Source: Octopus sinensis (lineage: Eukaryota). From it: DNA of 64,000 bases. Shown here piece after piece: positions 11,783 through 24,887 of the stretch (the stretch's first letter is position 1; every line of letters starts with the position of its first letter). Below the pieces are notes generated by a model. It had not been told where the DNA came from. It saw only the letters and a list, made by a program, of their open reading frames with translations, and ran no database searches. The position numbers and the translations under genes were made by a program. Where the stretch lies: positions 192,138,001-192,202,000 of the forward strand of contig NC_042998.1 in assembly GCF_006345805.1 (NCBI RefSeq). Reading direction: 5' to 3'.

Positions 11783-12639
11783 TGTGTGTGTGTGTGTATG
11801 TATATATATATATATATAATATATATATATATTCTAGATGTCTTTGATCACCGGTCTCCTAAAACATATCACAACTGAAATAGATTTATGAGGATGGCAA
11901 CTGGCATCATTGATGCACAAACTGATCATGTACATTCGGACACAGATATACACTTACACACGCATCCTCTGTATACATATTGTATATGTGGTTTATGTGA
12001 CCTTCTACTCGAGGGATGCCTTCTAGCATGCTGGGCGCCAACCTGGAAGATCCAGATGATCGTGCTATTGCTAGATACTCTTTAATTTTATACCTGCCAA
12101 AAGGGTTTATTCATCCTTTTGGGAGGTTTTATAGTTTGTCCTGCTGGGTTTCTAATAACTCTCCTCGCCAAGCTAACCTGGCGGAGATGCTGTTTTATTC
12201 TTCAACGATTGACCATGGAACAAGTTGTACTGGAATCCAAGTCGCCAGTAGCACTCGTTGAAAGCATGGGATATATAGGAAATCGATTGGAAAAGCAATG
12301 TTTGTCATCGTCACCAACAGAGGAAACAGGTAAAAGGTGTGAGTATTTAAAAAAAAAAGAAAATAGCACTCATTTTGCAAGCAGAATTTAGGCGAGCCGC
12401 TCGAAAACGCACCGCGAATGTAGTGAAAAAGAAAGCTTGGATTGCAATATCTTCAAACATATTTTCTTCTTATTAAGGGTTGGGCTTATTAGTAACTTAG
12501 TGGAACTGCAAGTGTAAAGTATAAATTTATGTGAGTGCACAATGTTCTTAACGCTCAGTTTTCTATGGCTATGAGACAGACAGATAGATGGATATATTGA
12601 TAGTTACATAGATATAAAGATAGATATACATATATGTAG

Positions 12640-12924
12640 ATATATCACTATAGCGACCAGACTATGTAGTGCTGTTTTTCGCCGCTGATCATAATATGTT
12701 TAATGAAACTGTCTGAAATTTCGAATGATGTCACTTCACTGGCCATGTGAACAGGCCTACATTCCCGTTGAAGGAAACAGTAGTCTGTCATAGACGGATG
12801 AGTGGACTAGAGCAACGTGAAGGGATATCCTCAAGTACAACACAACGACCGGCTGTTCCAGGATCACAACCACGAGGTTGAGATCGTGAATACAGCACCC
12901 TAATAATTAGGCCACGCGCCTTCA

Positions 12925-12925
<1 letters not shown>
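12640..12925 (-). mobile_element. Old SINE, head D plus tail 2
   Basis: The head resembles 20183 and the tail aligns with 18330-18455. Confidence 0.7.
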
Positions 12926-12960
<35 letters not shown>

Positions 12961-12969
12961 GCATGTATG

Positions 12970-13414
12970 CATCAGATTACAAGTTCAAGTTTATACCCAT
13001 AATTATTGGGAACCTGGGATATGTAACAATCTTGAGAAACTGGGCTACTCAAGGCCAGAAAGGAAAAATCTAATTCGAAGACTACAGATCCAAGCATTAC
13101 TGGAACTGTAAAATTCTGTAAAATTTTCCAGAAGTTTATCATTTAAATATATATGAGCATGTCTAGATATGCAAATATATGAATGAGGATACATACATAA
13201 AACATACAAAACTGCGCATGCATACATACATACGTACGTACATACATACGTACATACACACATACATAGATACATACATACATACATACATACATAAAAA
13301 AATACTCTGTAGTTGATGTTGAAATTCCAATGAAAGGGCCTTGTATCTAAGTTAGAAACCGGTTCTTACTATATTGGCGAGAAATCTTGAAATAAATTGA
13401 ATAATGACATACAT
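12970..13414 (+). mobile_element. 3' end of a second RLE-type (R4/Dong-like) non-LTR element with (CATA)n tracts
   Basis: The frameshifted translation DYKFKFIPIIIGNLGYVT..NLEKLGYSRPERKNLIRRLQIQ..ITGTVKFCKIFQKFII* parallels IPVIVGALG..QKIVLTGTSHVLRRAL at 976-1150. Confidence 0.65.
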
Positions 13415-13833
13415 AGGCGTAGGAGTGCTGTGTGGTAAGTAGCTTGCTAACGAACCACATGGTTCCGGATTCAGTCCCACTGCGTGGCATCTTGGGCAAG
13501 TGTCTCCTACTATAGCCTCGGGCCGAGGAAAGCCTTGTGAGTGGATTTGGTAGACGGAAACTGAAAGAAGCCCGTCGTATATATGTATATGTACATATAT
13601 ATGTATGTGTGCGTGAATATGTTTGTATGTCTGTGTTTGTCCTCCTAGCATTGCTTGACAACCGATGCTGGTGTGTTTACGTCCCCGTAACTCAGTGGTT
13701 CGGCAAAAGGGATTGATAGAATAAGTACTAGGCTTATAAAGAATAAGTCCTGGGGTCAGTTTGGTCGACTAATGGCGGTGCTCCAGCATGGCCACAGTCA
13801 AATGACTGAAACAAGTAAAAGATAGTAAAGAGT
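13415..13833 (+). mobile_element. SINE family B, full length
   Basis: Colinear with the other B copies. Confidence 0.92.
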
Positions 13834-15799
13834 ATACCTACATAAATGTTTAGAGTCACTATTGACCTTCATTTGTATTTAGGAGGTAATTTGCAAATAT
13901 AATGTTACTAAGTAGTTGAAGAAGAGTCATACAAAGAAGTCCGAGGGGGTACATTTGCAAATTCGTGGTTATTGACTTCAGGAAAAAGTTATTTTCCTAA
14001 ATTTCTGTTTGTTGGTGCTTGATGCTACGAATGTTCAGTATCACATTGTTTCTATAAAGCGCTCCGTGGATACATAGAAATCTCTTATATATACGCTTTA
14101 GGATATAGAGTCCGACAATTTCCGAAAATTCAAATGAATCTTTCGAGTCCCATATTCACAGTGAAGATACCATCTGTTTCTTTTTTTCTCTCTACATTAT
14201 ATGAAGTCTTAAAAATGAGAAAAAAACTCCAGCCATGACACCCAATGCAGATTTATACCTTGTCAAAATGCATAATCATATAATCGATTTAAACCTCGTA
14301 TTTCTGAATGTTACAAAATATTTTCCAATTCGTCTCTTTTTAACAGAGTTGCTATTTTCTTGTGTGCATACACCATTGAGGACATTCAAACATTTCAAAC
14401 CCTTTGACATATTACTGAAAATAGTAAATGAAAGATAAGCCCCACCCCCAGCAGCGTTTCTTTTTTTTTTCGAACAATATTTTATTTAGGTGACATACAG
14501 ACACTACACTATTCTCATATCATCCAATCCAACTGCTTTCCGAATAGACACACAACGTCTCTTAACATTTAAATCTGCATTCTTTGACTGACCTTTCTGT
14601 TAAACCTAACATCCTCTCCTTCTTGTTTTATTTTTTCCTCCTTTATAAATTTCTCTTCTGTTCTTATTCCACTCTTCCTCAACTCTTAGCTAATATTACC
14701 TATGCAATTTATAATAAAAGGTACCTCGTATGATATAATGATTCGACGATAAATGAAACTATAGAAAACTGTAAACATAAACCGATAAGCAACTTGATTT
14801 CCTTCAAATATCAACCAATTTTTTCACAATGCTAGATACTGTAGTAATTTACGAAGAACACTTTAAATAATGTCTGAAAAAGAATGGAATAGTCATGGCT
14901 GAAAACTTTGATCATCAGGCTGCTGGTCAGATCTGACTTGGGGCTAAACACCAACAACAAAAGCCTAATATTTCTACGTCACTGTTTTAATAGCATTCCT
15001 CGGTTTACTGAGGTCTATTCTTTTCCGATGCTTTCAGCGTCGTTTACTTGTTCTTCATCAATGGTCATTCAATGTGAAGTTTCAATATTTTGCCAAATTT
15101 ATATGCAAACATTATTCATATAATAATAAGTTTGTTAAACTATACATTTTCACAAATTCTAACTGTCTCCAGTTATCCTTTCTACACTTGTGATATTCAA
15201 AGTTTACATACACGATAATATTATAGACAAAGTATCATTTCCATTACTTTCTCTCAGGGCTTAGATCCCAGAATTTGTTTGGCTTGGACATGGTAGAAGG
15301 GTACACAACAAAAGAATGATATTTCACATCAATGTGTGTGGTGGATGGCAAAATCGAACTGCAGAAAATTCTTTGTAGCATTTAATTGCGTCTCTTTAAG
15401 ATGAGCTCAAATCTTATCGTTGTCATCTATGCGTTTCATAATTCTATAAATTAAGCATCAGTCAATTGATGGATTGATCTACCCATTATACCTTCCAATC
15501 AAAAACACGCAACGTTGTGTCTACATTATAATTCAAGATTAAACTATGCCTTTACGCGTTCTGAATTCAAACTCTACTGTGGTTAGAAATTCATATGGGT
15601 GCAATAAAGAACTAAGCTTCGATCCTTGCAGAGCTTGAACTCATTTAAAATTGTGAAGTTCCCTATTGTCATTCTGAATCCTGACAGCAATGTTCAAATG
15701 TTGCGGTCATTGAGAGCAAATACACATATACTTGTTTCCTCTTGTGGGATACATTTATTTGTTTCCATTCTGAAATTATTTCTTTCGCTAATATATATA

Positions 15800-16213
15800 T
15801 TTCTTTATTGCCCACAAGGGGCTAAACATAGATGGGACAAGCAAAGACAGACGAAGGGATTAAGTCGATTATATCGACCCCAGTGCGTAACTGGTACTTT
15901 ATTTATCGACCCCGAAAGGATGAAAGGCAAAATCGACCTCGGCGGAATTTGAACTGAGAACGTAAAGACAGACGAAATACCTATTTCTTTACTACCCACA
16001 AGGGGCTAACCATAGAAGGGACAAACAAAGACAGACAAGAAGATTAAGTCGATTATATCGGATCCAGTGCGTAACTGGTACTTTATTTATCGACCCCGAA
16101 AGGATGAAAGGCAAAGTCGACCTCGGCGGAATTTGAACTCAGAACGTAACGGCAGACGAAATACGGCTACGCATTTCGCCCGGTATGCTAACGATTCTGC
16201 CAGCTCGCCGCCT
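15800..16213 (-). mobile_element. SINE family A, head-to-tail dimer (full copy plus copy starting in the head hairpin loop)
   Basis: Junction gacgaaatac|ctatttcttt at 15971-15990. Confidence 0.92.
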
Positions 16214-17261
16214 TTCTTTCACTAATATATAGTTATGTCGCCAGTATTGATAATTTTATAAGAACAGCAAAATAAATTCTGTTACAATTATCAAAATACC
16301 TCTCTTTCTCTCCATTTTCTCCTTCTCTCCATTCTCTCCTTCTCTTTTCACTTGTGTTCATTTCTTTCCCAAAGTATTTTCTATTTATTACTATGAAATC
16401 TATATCAACGTGCATAGTTCGTGTTAAAATATTAGGTCGCGTAGTAATTCCGGCCCATGATATATGGGAGCTAAATTACTCCTCAAAATAGGTACTTTTT
16501 TTTTCTTACAATCATTGGAAACATATTTATTTTAATAACCAGTTACCTAAGATACGCCTCTTAGTCGTTTCGAGTCTCAGGTGGTAAACATTATTAGTTA
16601 GAGCGTAACATTATAACGTTTGTCAGTTGCCATCAATCTTTCTCCTTACAAGTACCACTTGGTACAGCGAACTTGAACGTATAATGTTCCACGGTGGATG
16701 ATCACTAAATATACACAAAGTCATTGCCAAATTTTTGTTCAGTAATATATATGTGTATGACTGCGTGCGTGTGTATGTGCTTGCGCGCGTGTATGCTCGT
16801 ATGTATTTGCATATGTATGTATTTATGTATCTTTGTATCAGCATACATACATACATAAAGATGCATATACACATACGCTAGTGTTACCCTCATTTGTAGT
16901 ATGTTGTATAGTACTTGACATACTTGTTTTTATTTTCGTTATTCAAATGTATGCCACTGTCCAAACGTCCACTGTCCGCTATCCACAAATCCTGCCTTGA
17001 ACGGTTTTTTACAGTGCGGTACTTATTCTATTGGTCACTTTTACTAAACAACTAAGTTATGCTGATCTACACAAATCAACACCGTTTGTGAAGAGCGTGG
17101 TGCAAACACAAATGTGTATATACATGTGTGTTTCTTTGTGTGTGTATGACGGGCTTTCACACAGCATCATTGTACAAAATTCAGTCACAAACCATTGAAT
17201 ACAATGTAACAAATGCAACAAGTTCTATATGGGTAGCACAACAAGGCCGTTACACATCCGT

Positions 17262-17532
17262 GTAGAATGGAAGTGGCGTCCGTAGATTCAGGGTTAGTAT
17301 TGGGGAAGAAATATGCTATTTTAGTTTATGCTTATTGTTGAGGGTATAATAGATTTTCTCGTGGAAGCCGCTTATTTGGAGGGCCTGATTATAAGGGGTG
17401 TAAGTGTTAAAAATTTAGATAAGCGGCTTCCACGAGAAAATCTTTTCTACCTTCAACAATAAGCATAAACTAAAATAGCATATTTCTTCCCTAATACTAA
17501 CCCTGAATCTACGGACGCTACTTCCATTCTAC
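17262..17532. repeat. Foldback element: 114-bp inverted arms with a 43-bp spacer, abutting (TA)n
   Basis: 17262-17375 is the near-perfect reverse complement of 17419-17532. Confidence 0.9.
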
Positions 17533-17536
17533 GCCT

Positions 17537-17575
<39 letters not shown>

Positions 17576-17610
17576 GAAGGTTTGAAAATGCAATTTTAAA
17601 AGGTGTTTAT

Positions 17611-17656
17611 TCACTTGACCGGTTTCACATTTTTAGAAAAAGATTGTCAAAAGTAA
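17611..17656 (-). ncRNA. Type I hammerhead-like motif, U3:A8 core, aged stem II
   Basis: UUACUU-UUGACAA-UCUUUUUCUAAAAAUGU-GAAA-CCGG-UC-AAGUGA. Confidence 0.55.
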
Positions 17657-17689
17657 CATGTAAAAGCTTTGTTGTGTTAAGTACTAGTT

Positions 17690-17900
17690 GTCACAAAATA
17701 TTACAATGCATATATACATTCTTTGATAATAAGAACATGTTAAAAACAGCTTACAAGGAAAGACTTGGGAAAACATTAAAAATTTCATTAAAGTATTAGG
17801 CACAAAAAATTACAATACATATATACATCCTTTGATGATAATAAGAGAATGTTAAAAACAGTTTACAGAAAAATCTTGAGAAATTATTAAAAAGTTTATA
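17690..17900. repeat. Diverged ~115-bp tandem duplication beside the hammerhead motif
   Basis: ttacaat.catatataca..ctttgat..aataaga..atgttaaaaacag.ttaca occurs twice. Confidence 0.75.
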
Positions 17901-17938
17901 AAAAATATTATTTCATTAAAAATCATGTTTGTTTGGAA

Positions 17939-17974
<36 letters not shown>

Positions 17975-18160
17975 AATTATAAGTTCAAAAAGGTCATATT
18001 TTGGTAGTATACATACATATACACAGAAGGAGATATATTTAGGAGTTTACAAAGAATTTGGGATGAAATTACCTGTTTCATCATTTTATCGTAAAACGTA
18101 TTTATATATATATATATGTATATATATATATGTGTGTGTGTGTATGCATGTATGTGTGTG

Positions 18161-18455
18161 AGTGGTTAGGGCATCGGACTCGCGGTCGTAGGATCACGGT
18201 TTCGATTCCTAGACCGGGCGTTGTGGGTGTTTATTGAGCGAAAACACCTAAAGCTCCACGACACTCCGGCAGTGGTGGGGGCCATCCCTGCTGTACTCTT
18301 TGGCCACAGCTTTCTGTCACACTTTCTCCGGTTGGCCTGCTCGCTTAGCCAGCGGGGTGGCGTCATTTGAAGGCTAAAACAATGCGAAGCGCACTGTGAC
18401 CAGCGATGTGTAATAACATTTGATAGCCTGGTCGGTCACGGTTATCACGGTGATA
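18161..18455 (+). mobile_element. SINE head C plus tail 2
   Basis: The head and middle match 5405-5790; the 3' part differs. Confidence 0.88.
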
Positions 18456-19528
18456 TATAAATATATATGTAAGTTACATAATACATACATATATACATAC
18501 ACACACATATATATATATGTGTGTGTGTGCGGAATCACAGCATTACATCACTTGATTTTACTTAGCTTTTTATTATTTCTCTCAGATTATACTGGGTATT
18601 TTGTTTTTCATTTACAATACACCAGTTTACCACGAGCCTAATCTACTTTTAGCTATCTTTCTTACATCACCGTTTTTTTCCTGAATCCACCATCATACTT
18701 GTTCTCGTATTCTAACCTCCGTCACAAAACAAAACATATTTCTCCTTTTTCTTCCGTCTTCTATTTCTTTCCTTCCTCAACACATTTTTCCTTCTTCTAA
18801 CTATCGAAATTCTAAAGAAGAGATTAGATTAATAAAAAAAAACATTTCAGGAAATACTATTTAGTCAAATTTAAGCAAAGAATTTGAATTATTTTTGTCT
18901 GTAAAGCTTGGTTAAAAGACGATGGAAGTAAACAATGACAGCATAAAGATATAAATGACATTCAGCTGTGATTTTGGTGTTTACCCATCAGAAGCTTGCT
19001 TCCGCAACTTCACGTATTGAATTCTCATATTGATACAAGGTTAGAAAATTATAGGTGAGGTGGGTAATCAATTCAATGCAACTACAACACTGGTTGTACA
19101 TATTTTGTTGACCAATAAGTGATGCGGTTCTTTTCACCATCAAAACACACTTTAACAAATCAATAATCTTTGACCCACTTTTGAAATATTTATATAAAAA
19201 CATATTTCAAGATATTTAATGCATTAAGATTTTATTCCTTTTTATGGGAATGATTTGCTCATGTTTTGCAGTAAATTTTGTGTTGTAGCTCTTTATGTGG
19301 TCTTAAATCTTATTGTAAAATATATACTCATGAACATTTTACATTTTATGAAATATCTCAAAAGGATATTTTCGCTTCAAGATTTTTTTTCAGAATTATA
19401 CCACCACCCAATTAGGGCCGTGATCCCTAGTTTGGGAATCGTACCAAGTTTAAATCTAGTGTTGTTTGAACTCAGTACAACGAAGGACGAAATAAAATTC
19501 TGTATGATTAACGTCCTTGACTCTACTG

Positions 19529-19571
<43 letters not shown>

Positions 19572-20182
19572 TTATTTATTTATTTATTTATTTATTTGCA
19601 CCCTACCATAATGGTTTGGAAAGCATATTGTACACATCAGTATACACCTCTTCTTTTTTTTTTTTTGTAATATCTACATACGTGTTAGCAGTTATCATTG
19701 CCTGACCACATAAGTCTGTTTACGAGTACTGCAAATTATCAGCGAAGCAAAAATATATAAATAAAATGGTAAGCGAAAATAATTGTTTGTACAGTGTAAA
19801 GTAATTAATTAGATAAAATAGGATTCCTTCGATTAAATAATGCCAAATATACCTGAATCACCGAAGTGTAAGACAAAGGTAATGATACAGTATCAAGAGA
19901 AGAGTTGCGTTTGGGCATGCGCGAGCGTGAGTGTGTGTTAGTATTTGTGAGTAATGGCACGGTTATTTATATGAACTGCTGTACATTGATAATAATAATA
20001 ATTATACAAAAAGGAAGGGCAGCAGATTAGAGGAAGCGATAGATTGTTTAAATTATGTTTTACGCCCACTCAAACCTTATGTTCTGAGCTCAAATACTTC
20101 TGAAGTTGATGTTGCTTCTCATCAAAGCAGAGTGAGTAAAATATGTACCAGACATGTAATAAGGTGCTATTAATACAACTGT

Positions 20183-20514
20183 GTGAGGGCGCGTGGCTTA
20201 GTGGTTAGGGCATTTGGCTCATGATCGTAAGGTTGTGAGTTCGATTCCCGGCGACGCGTTGTGTCCTTGAGCAAGACACTTTATTTCACGTTGCTCCAGT
20301 CCACTCAGCTGGTAAAAATGAGTTGTACTTGTATTTCAAAGGGTCAGCCTTGTCACACTCTGTGTCACGCTGATTATCCCCGAGAACTACGTTAAGGGTA
20401 CACGTGTCTGTGGAATGCTCAGCCATTTGCACGTTAATTTCACGAGCAAGCTGTTCCGTTGATCGTATCAGCTGGGAACCCTCGTCGTCGTAACCGACGG
20501 AGCCTTTAGAAAAA
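20183..20514 (+). mobile_element. SINE head D plus tail 1
   Basis: The 11-bp TSD aatacaactgt is at 20172-20182 and 20515-20525. The 3' ~190 bp match 5405-5595. Confidence 0.92.
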
Positions 20515-21733
20515 AATACAACTGTATTCCTTTTCTGCAAATATGGGGTTTTGTGTCACCTACTCTTAAGGGTATGATGTTAATGAATAGAAATTAACAA
20601 ACATGAAAGGCATGGGGTCTCCATGATCAGTAATAAAATCTTCCTTAATCTACGAAAAAAAAAAAAAAAAAGATATGGCCCAACCCATTTCTTCCAAAAT
20701 GCTACGTGGTTTAACACTATATTGTCGGCGTTCAATTTGAGACAAATATGCTTTTAGAAAACGCTTCCCCCAAACTTTTCTTGCTGTCATCTTCAATGCT
20801 CACTCCTATGCAACTTATGCTACCCCTCACTCCTACTTAAATTTCTACACATAGGTGCTATTTACATTCAAACTGCTTCATATCAAACAGGCACTGTTTC
20901 TATAAACGGACCTCGAAAGCAATTTCTAATGAGGGTCTACCAACGAAATAGCATCGTACTACTACTACTACTACTACTACTACCACTACTACCACTACTA
21001 CTAGTAGTAGTAGTAGTAATAATATGGTGGCATGAACTGTAAAAGCGCGGCGCTGCATCCAACATTTGTGGTTTATTCTCTACTCCTGGTGAATGATGCC
21101 TTTACACTACTCAAGTGACAATCCTCCAGCCGATGGGTCTTTTTCGGTATCGTTTCTGGTGAGGACGGAGTACAAATCCTGCCTTTTACGGCACGCGGAG
21201 GGAATGTTGGGTCTGTTCTTTGGCATTCCGGTCCCCACACAACCGAGCTGTGTCTGAATGCAGCTACGAAATAATTAAAGAGGGATGCCCATCGATTTGA
21301 CTTGTCATCAAAGGTGTGTTAGACCTACGAAAGGTTACTAAACAATGTTTTCCAGAGTTTCAAACATAACTTGTTGAAATAACAGCCAAGTCTCCCTCCA
21401 GTCACACCCTACAATCGATAATCAATCATAGATACACTACGATAGAAGAAAAGATGTGATGGACACGGCTGGAATGTCTTTGATATTTCGTCTCATTAGA
21501 GTTGACCCGGAAGTAAAACAATATTACAATTATTGACCTAGGCACAATTCCACATATCTCCAAAGAAAGCATAATTCCTTAGACTGTTCATAGCAATTGT
21601 TCTTATTTAATCGTTCTCAATTGAACTGAAAGAGAAAATTAACGTAACTGTATCCAGGAAGTCATTTTGACAGACAATCTACAAATTCTGATCAGCAAGC
21701 ATCTTTCAGTCGCCTGGCCTACTAGAAACTGCT

Positions 21734-22123
21734 ACTCTTTACTCTTTTACTTGTTTCAGTCATTTGACTGTGGCCATGCTGGATCACCGCCTTTAGTCGA
21801 ACAAATCGACCCCAGGACTTATTCTTTGGAAACCTAGTACTTATTCTATCGATGTCTTTTGCCGAACCGCTAAGTGACAGGGACGTAAACACACCAGCAT
21901 CGGTTGTCAGGCGATGTTGGGGGAACAAACACAGACACACAAACATATATATTTACATATATACGACGGGCTTCTTTCAGTTTCCATCAACCAAATCCAC
22001 TCACAAGGCTTTGGTCAGCCCGAGGCAATAGTGGAAGACACTTGCCCAAGGTGCCACGTAGTAGGACTGAACCTAGAACCATGTGATTGGTAAGCAAGCT
22101 ACTTACCACACAGCCACTCCTGC
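21734..22123 (-). mobile_element. SINE family B
   Basis: Colinear with the other B copies. Confidence 0.92.
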
Positions 22124-23194
22124 TATCAAATTTCTCTTAATCCACACCCTACCATCTGTACAAAATACATAGCTATATGTTATGTATGTATGTACACACA
22201 CACACACACACACTCACACACATACACACACTCACACACACACACACTCACACACATATACATACATAGTTCTCATCTGTTAAATACTATTCACAGGACA
22301 TTGGTCAACCGAATCTATAGCAGAAATCACTTGGTCTCGATGCAACATGATGATATTGAACTCCAGTTATTCAGTTAGGAAAACAACCTTTTATCTACAT
22401 CACTTTTTGTTGTAACACTTTATAAATTAGCGAAAATTATGATTTACAGTATCATATAGGTGAAGTAATTCATAGAATACAAAAAGAATTATACTTTTAA
22501 CGCCCAAACCAATTCGCAACAGATTTCACTCTTCTGAATTTGATTCAGTTTGCTATCAATTTTTTATGACTGCTTTCGAACTACAACAGAACCATAATTC
22601 GTTATTTTGGCAAGAAATCTCTTTGCGCAATACCACGTGTTTCACAATGCTTTAAGCATGAATTATTCATTCTAAGGTAGATCGCAGTCTGGAAAGAACG
22701 GGCAATTACACAAAGATTAATAGTGTTGGTTTGGGTCAATACGTGTTACTGATTTCGAGATTTAAATGATATTGTCCACGCACTGTTGTGCAGACGGGAG
22801 ATGGCATAGGAGAAATATGGTTGACTGGTTTATAGGTGCTAAATTAGAGTTAATTGAGGTGTTTATAGTAGCAGATAATCTTCAAGAGTAGAAATTTGAT
22901 AATAGAAAGGGAAATATACGAGCAAATAACAGCTTATGAACTGAAAGTTGTCTGTAATATATCAAAAGATATGATTGTGAATATACAAAATCATTGCAGA
23001 GAGGTTTTAGCTTTGTGTGTGAAATTATGTGTTTGAAGTAAAAATCTGAATTTTATGTCACACGATTTGAAATATGTTAAAATTATTGGAGTTTAAAGAG
23101 TAACATTAAGTATTTGGTATTACAGCATTTTGGTTTAAATGGTTCCTTACAAATATTAAATAACAGACAATTATGTAAGAGCTTCAGTTAAAAT

Positions 23195-23608
23195 AGGAAT
23201 GGCTGTGTGGAAAGTAGCTTGCTAACCAACCACATGGTTCCGGGTTCAGTCCCACTGCGTGGCATCTTGGGCAAGTGTCTTCTGCTATAAGCCCCGGGCC
23301 GACCAATGCCTTGTGAGTGGATTTGGTAGACGGAAACTGAAAGAAGCCTGTCGTATATATGTATATATATGTTTATATGTATGTGTGTATATGTTTGTGT
23401 GTCTGTGTTTGTCCCTCTAACATTGCTTGACAACCGACGCTGGTGTGTTTACGTCCCTGTCACTTAGCGGTTCGGCAAAAGAGACCGATAGAATTAGTAC
23501 TAGGCTTACAAAGAATAAGTCCCGGGGGTCGATTTGCTCGACTAAAGGCGGCACTCCAGCATGGCCGCAGTCAAAATGACTGAAACAAGTAAAAGAGTAA
23601 AGAGAGTA
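23195..23608 (+). mobile_element. SINE family B
   Basis: Colinear with the other B copies. Confidence 0.92.
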
Positions 23609-24624
23609 TTAGGAACCGTTTAACTAATGTACTCTTCGACTGAAGACGAAGCTTTGCTTTGCTTTTTGTTGTTTTTGTGACGTGTTTATAGGTAAGTTAT
23701 GCTTGTACGGAGAAAATCTCACAAATTACCAACCTTTGTGTGTTGTAGCAAGCCTCAGAGTCTACATGCATATTGCTGTACACTATACTGTATGTGCTCG
23801 CTCGATCTGCTAGAAGTAGTAGCACTTCTCCCTCAAATGTCACAGAGGATAAAGCATTCATACATACGTCGTTTCTACAAAAACGGTTTACCTTCCATTT
23901 GCTGTATCTTAGAAGGAGTAAAGATCTGATGAAACACCTTAGTTTGATGGTCTGTGTGAATATTACTCACATGGGGTGGGGGGCTAAACATCTTCTATTT
24001 GATTTACACACGCGTGTGTTTGTGCATACATGCGTTTGTGTATTTACTATAATGCACAGAAGTATAAAGTTATAGATTTCAGCTAGTAAGCATGGATAGA
24101 TTAAGCATAGTAGACTGTCGTACAACGACCGGCTTTTTGTGGAATCCTATCATGGAAAAAAAAAATAGAAAGATGAACATTTCATCTGAAACTGACAACA
24201 TTCCACTAAGTATTCATCATTATTGTGTATAGGGCCACTGTCAGTCGGATGTTTATTATATTACATACACTGGCACTTTATAATTCAGCCCACACTGAGT
24301 AAGGAAATCATAATTTGCTAAAAATACTGGACAGCATCAGTCTTTGTTGACTTATCGGGAACTCAGAACTCGTCATTAATTCTATGCGTTGACACTCGGT
24401 GAACTTTATTATAAAGAATACACTGGTTTCTGTAAATAACTAGTTTTGAGTAAACGTATAGATTCATATTTTATTGATTGAAATCAAATTAATCCCGATG
24501 TGATTTCAGTGCCGTATATCATCCCTATCGTTTCGATCTGCAAAGTTAAATCAATATAAACATAGAGGCACATATGCAAGCACGCACGCACGCACACATA
24601 CACACATGCACACACAGAGACACA

Positions 24625-24658
<34 letters not shown>

Positions 24659-24801
24659 ATACGTACATACCTATATATATGTATGTCTATATATATATAT
24701 ATTATATATATATATATAGTTGGAATACACAAAAAACAAAAGATGAAGACAGGTGTGTAAACAACAAACAGTTGTTTAACGTTCGGGAAGATGAGAAAAT
24801 A

Positions 24802-24836
24802 TTTTACGTTTCGAGCCTACGCTCTTTAACAGAAAA
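24802..24836 (-). ncRNA. Weak hammerhead-like motif in a short repeat between (TA)n and (GA)n
   Basis: UUUU-CUGUUAA-A-GAG CGUAGG CUC-GAAA-CG-UA-AAA. Two core mismatches. Confidence 0.3.
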
Positions 24837-24850
24837 TAATACGAGACAAT

Positions 24851-24887
<37 letters not shown>

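Noticed and set aside
12016-12391. Overlapping ORFs with a possible donor at ~12330 as a host exon
   Set aside because: There is no recognisable homology or convincing acceptor.
13322-13372. CCAAUGA...GAAACCGGU hammerhead-like motif
   Set aside because: There is no stem I pairing, stem II is poor, and it lies in the 3' UTR of an RLE LINE fragment.
16555-16600. Minus-strand CCACCUGAGACUCGAAACGA resembling a deleted hammerhead
   Set aside because: The core and stem II are incomplete and there is no stem I partner.
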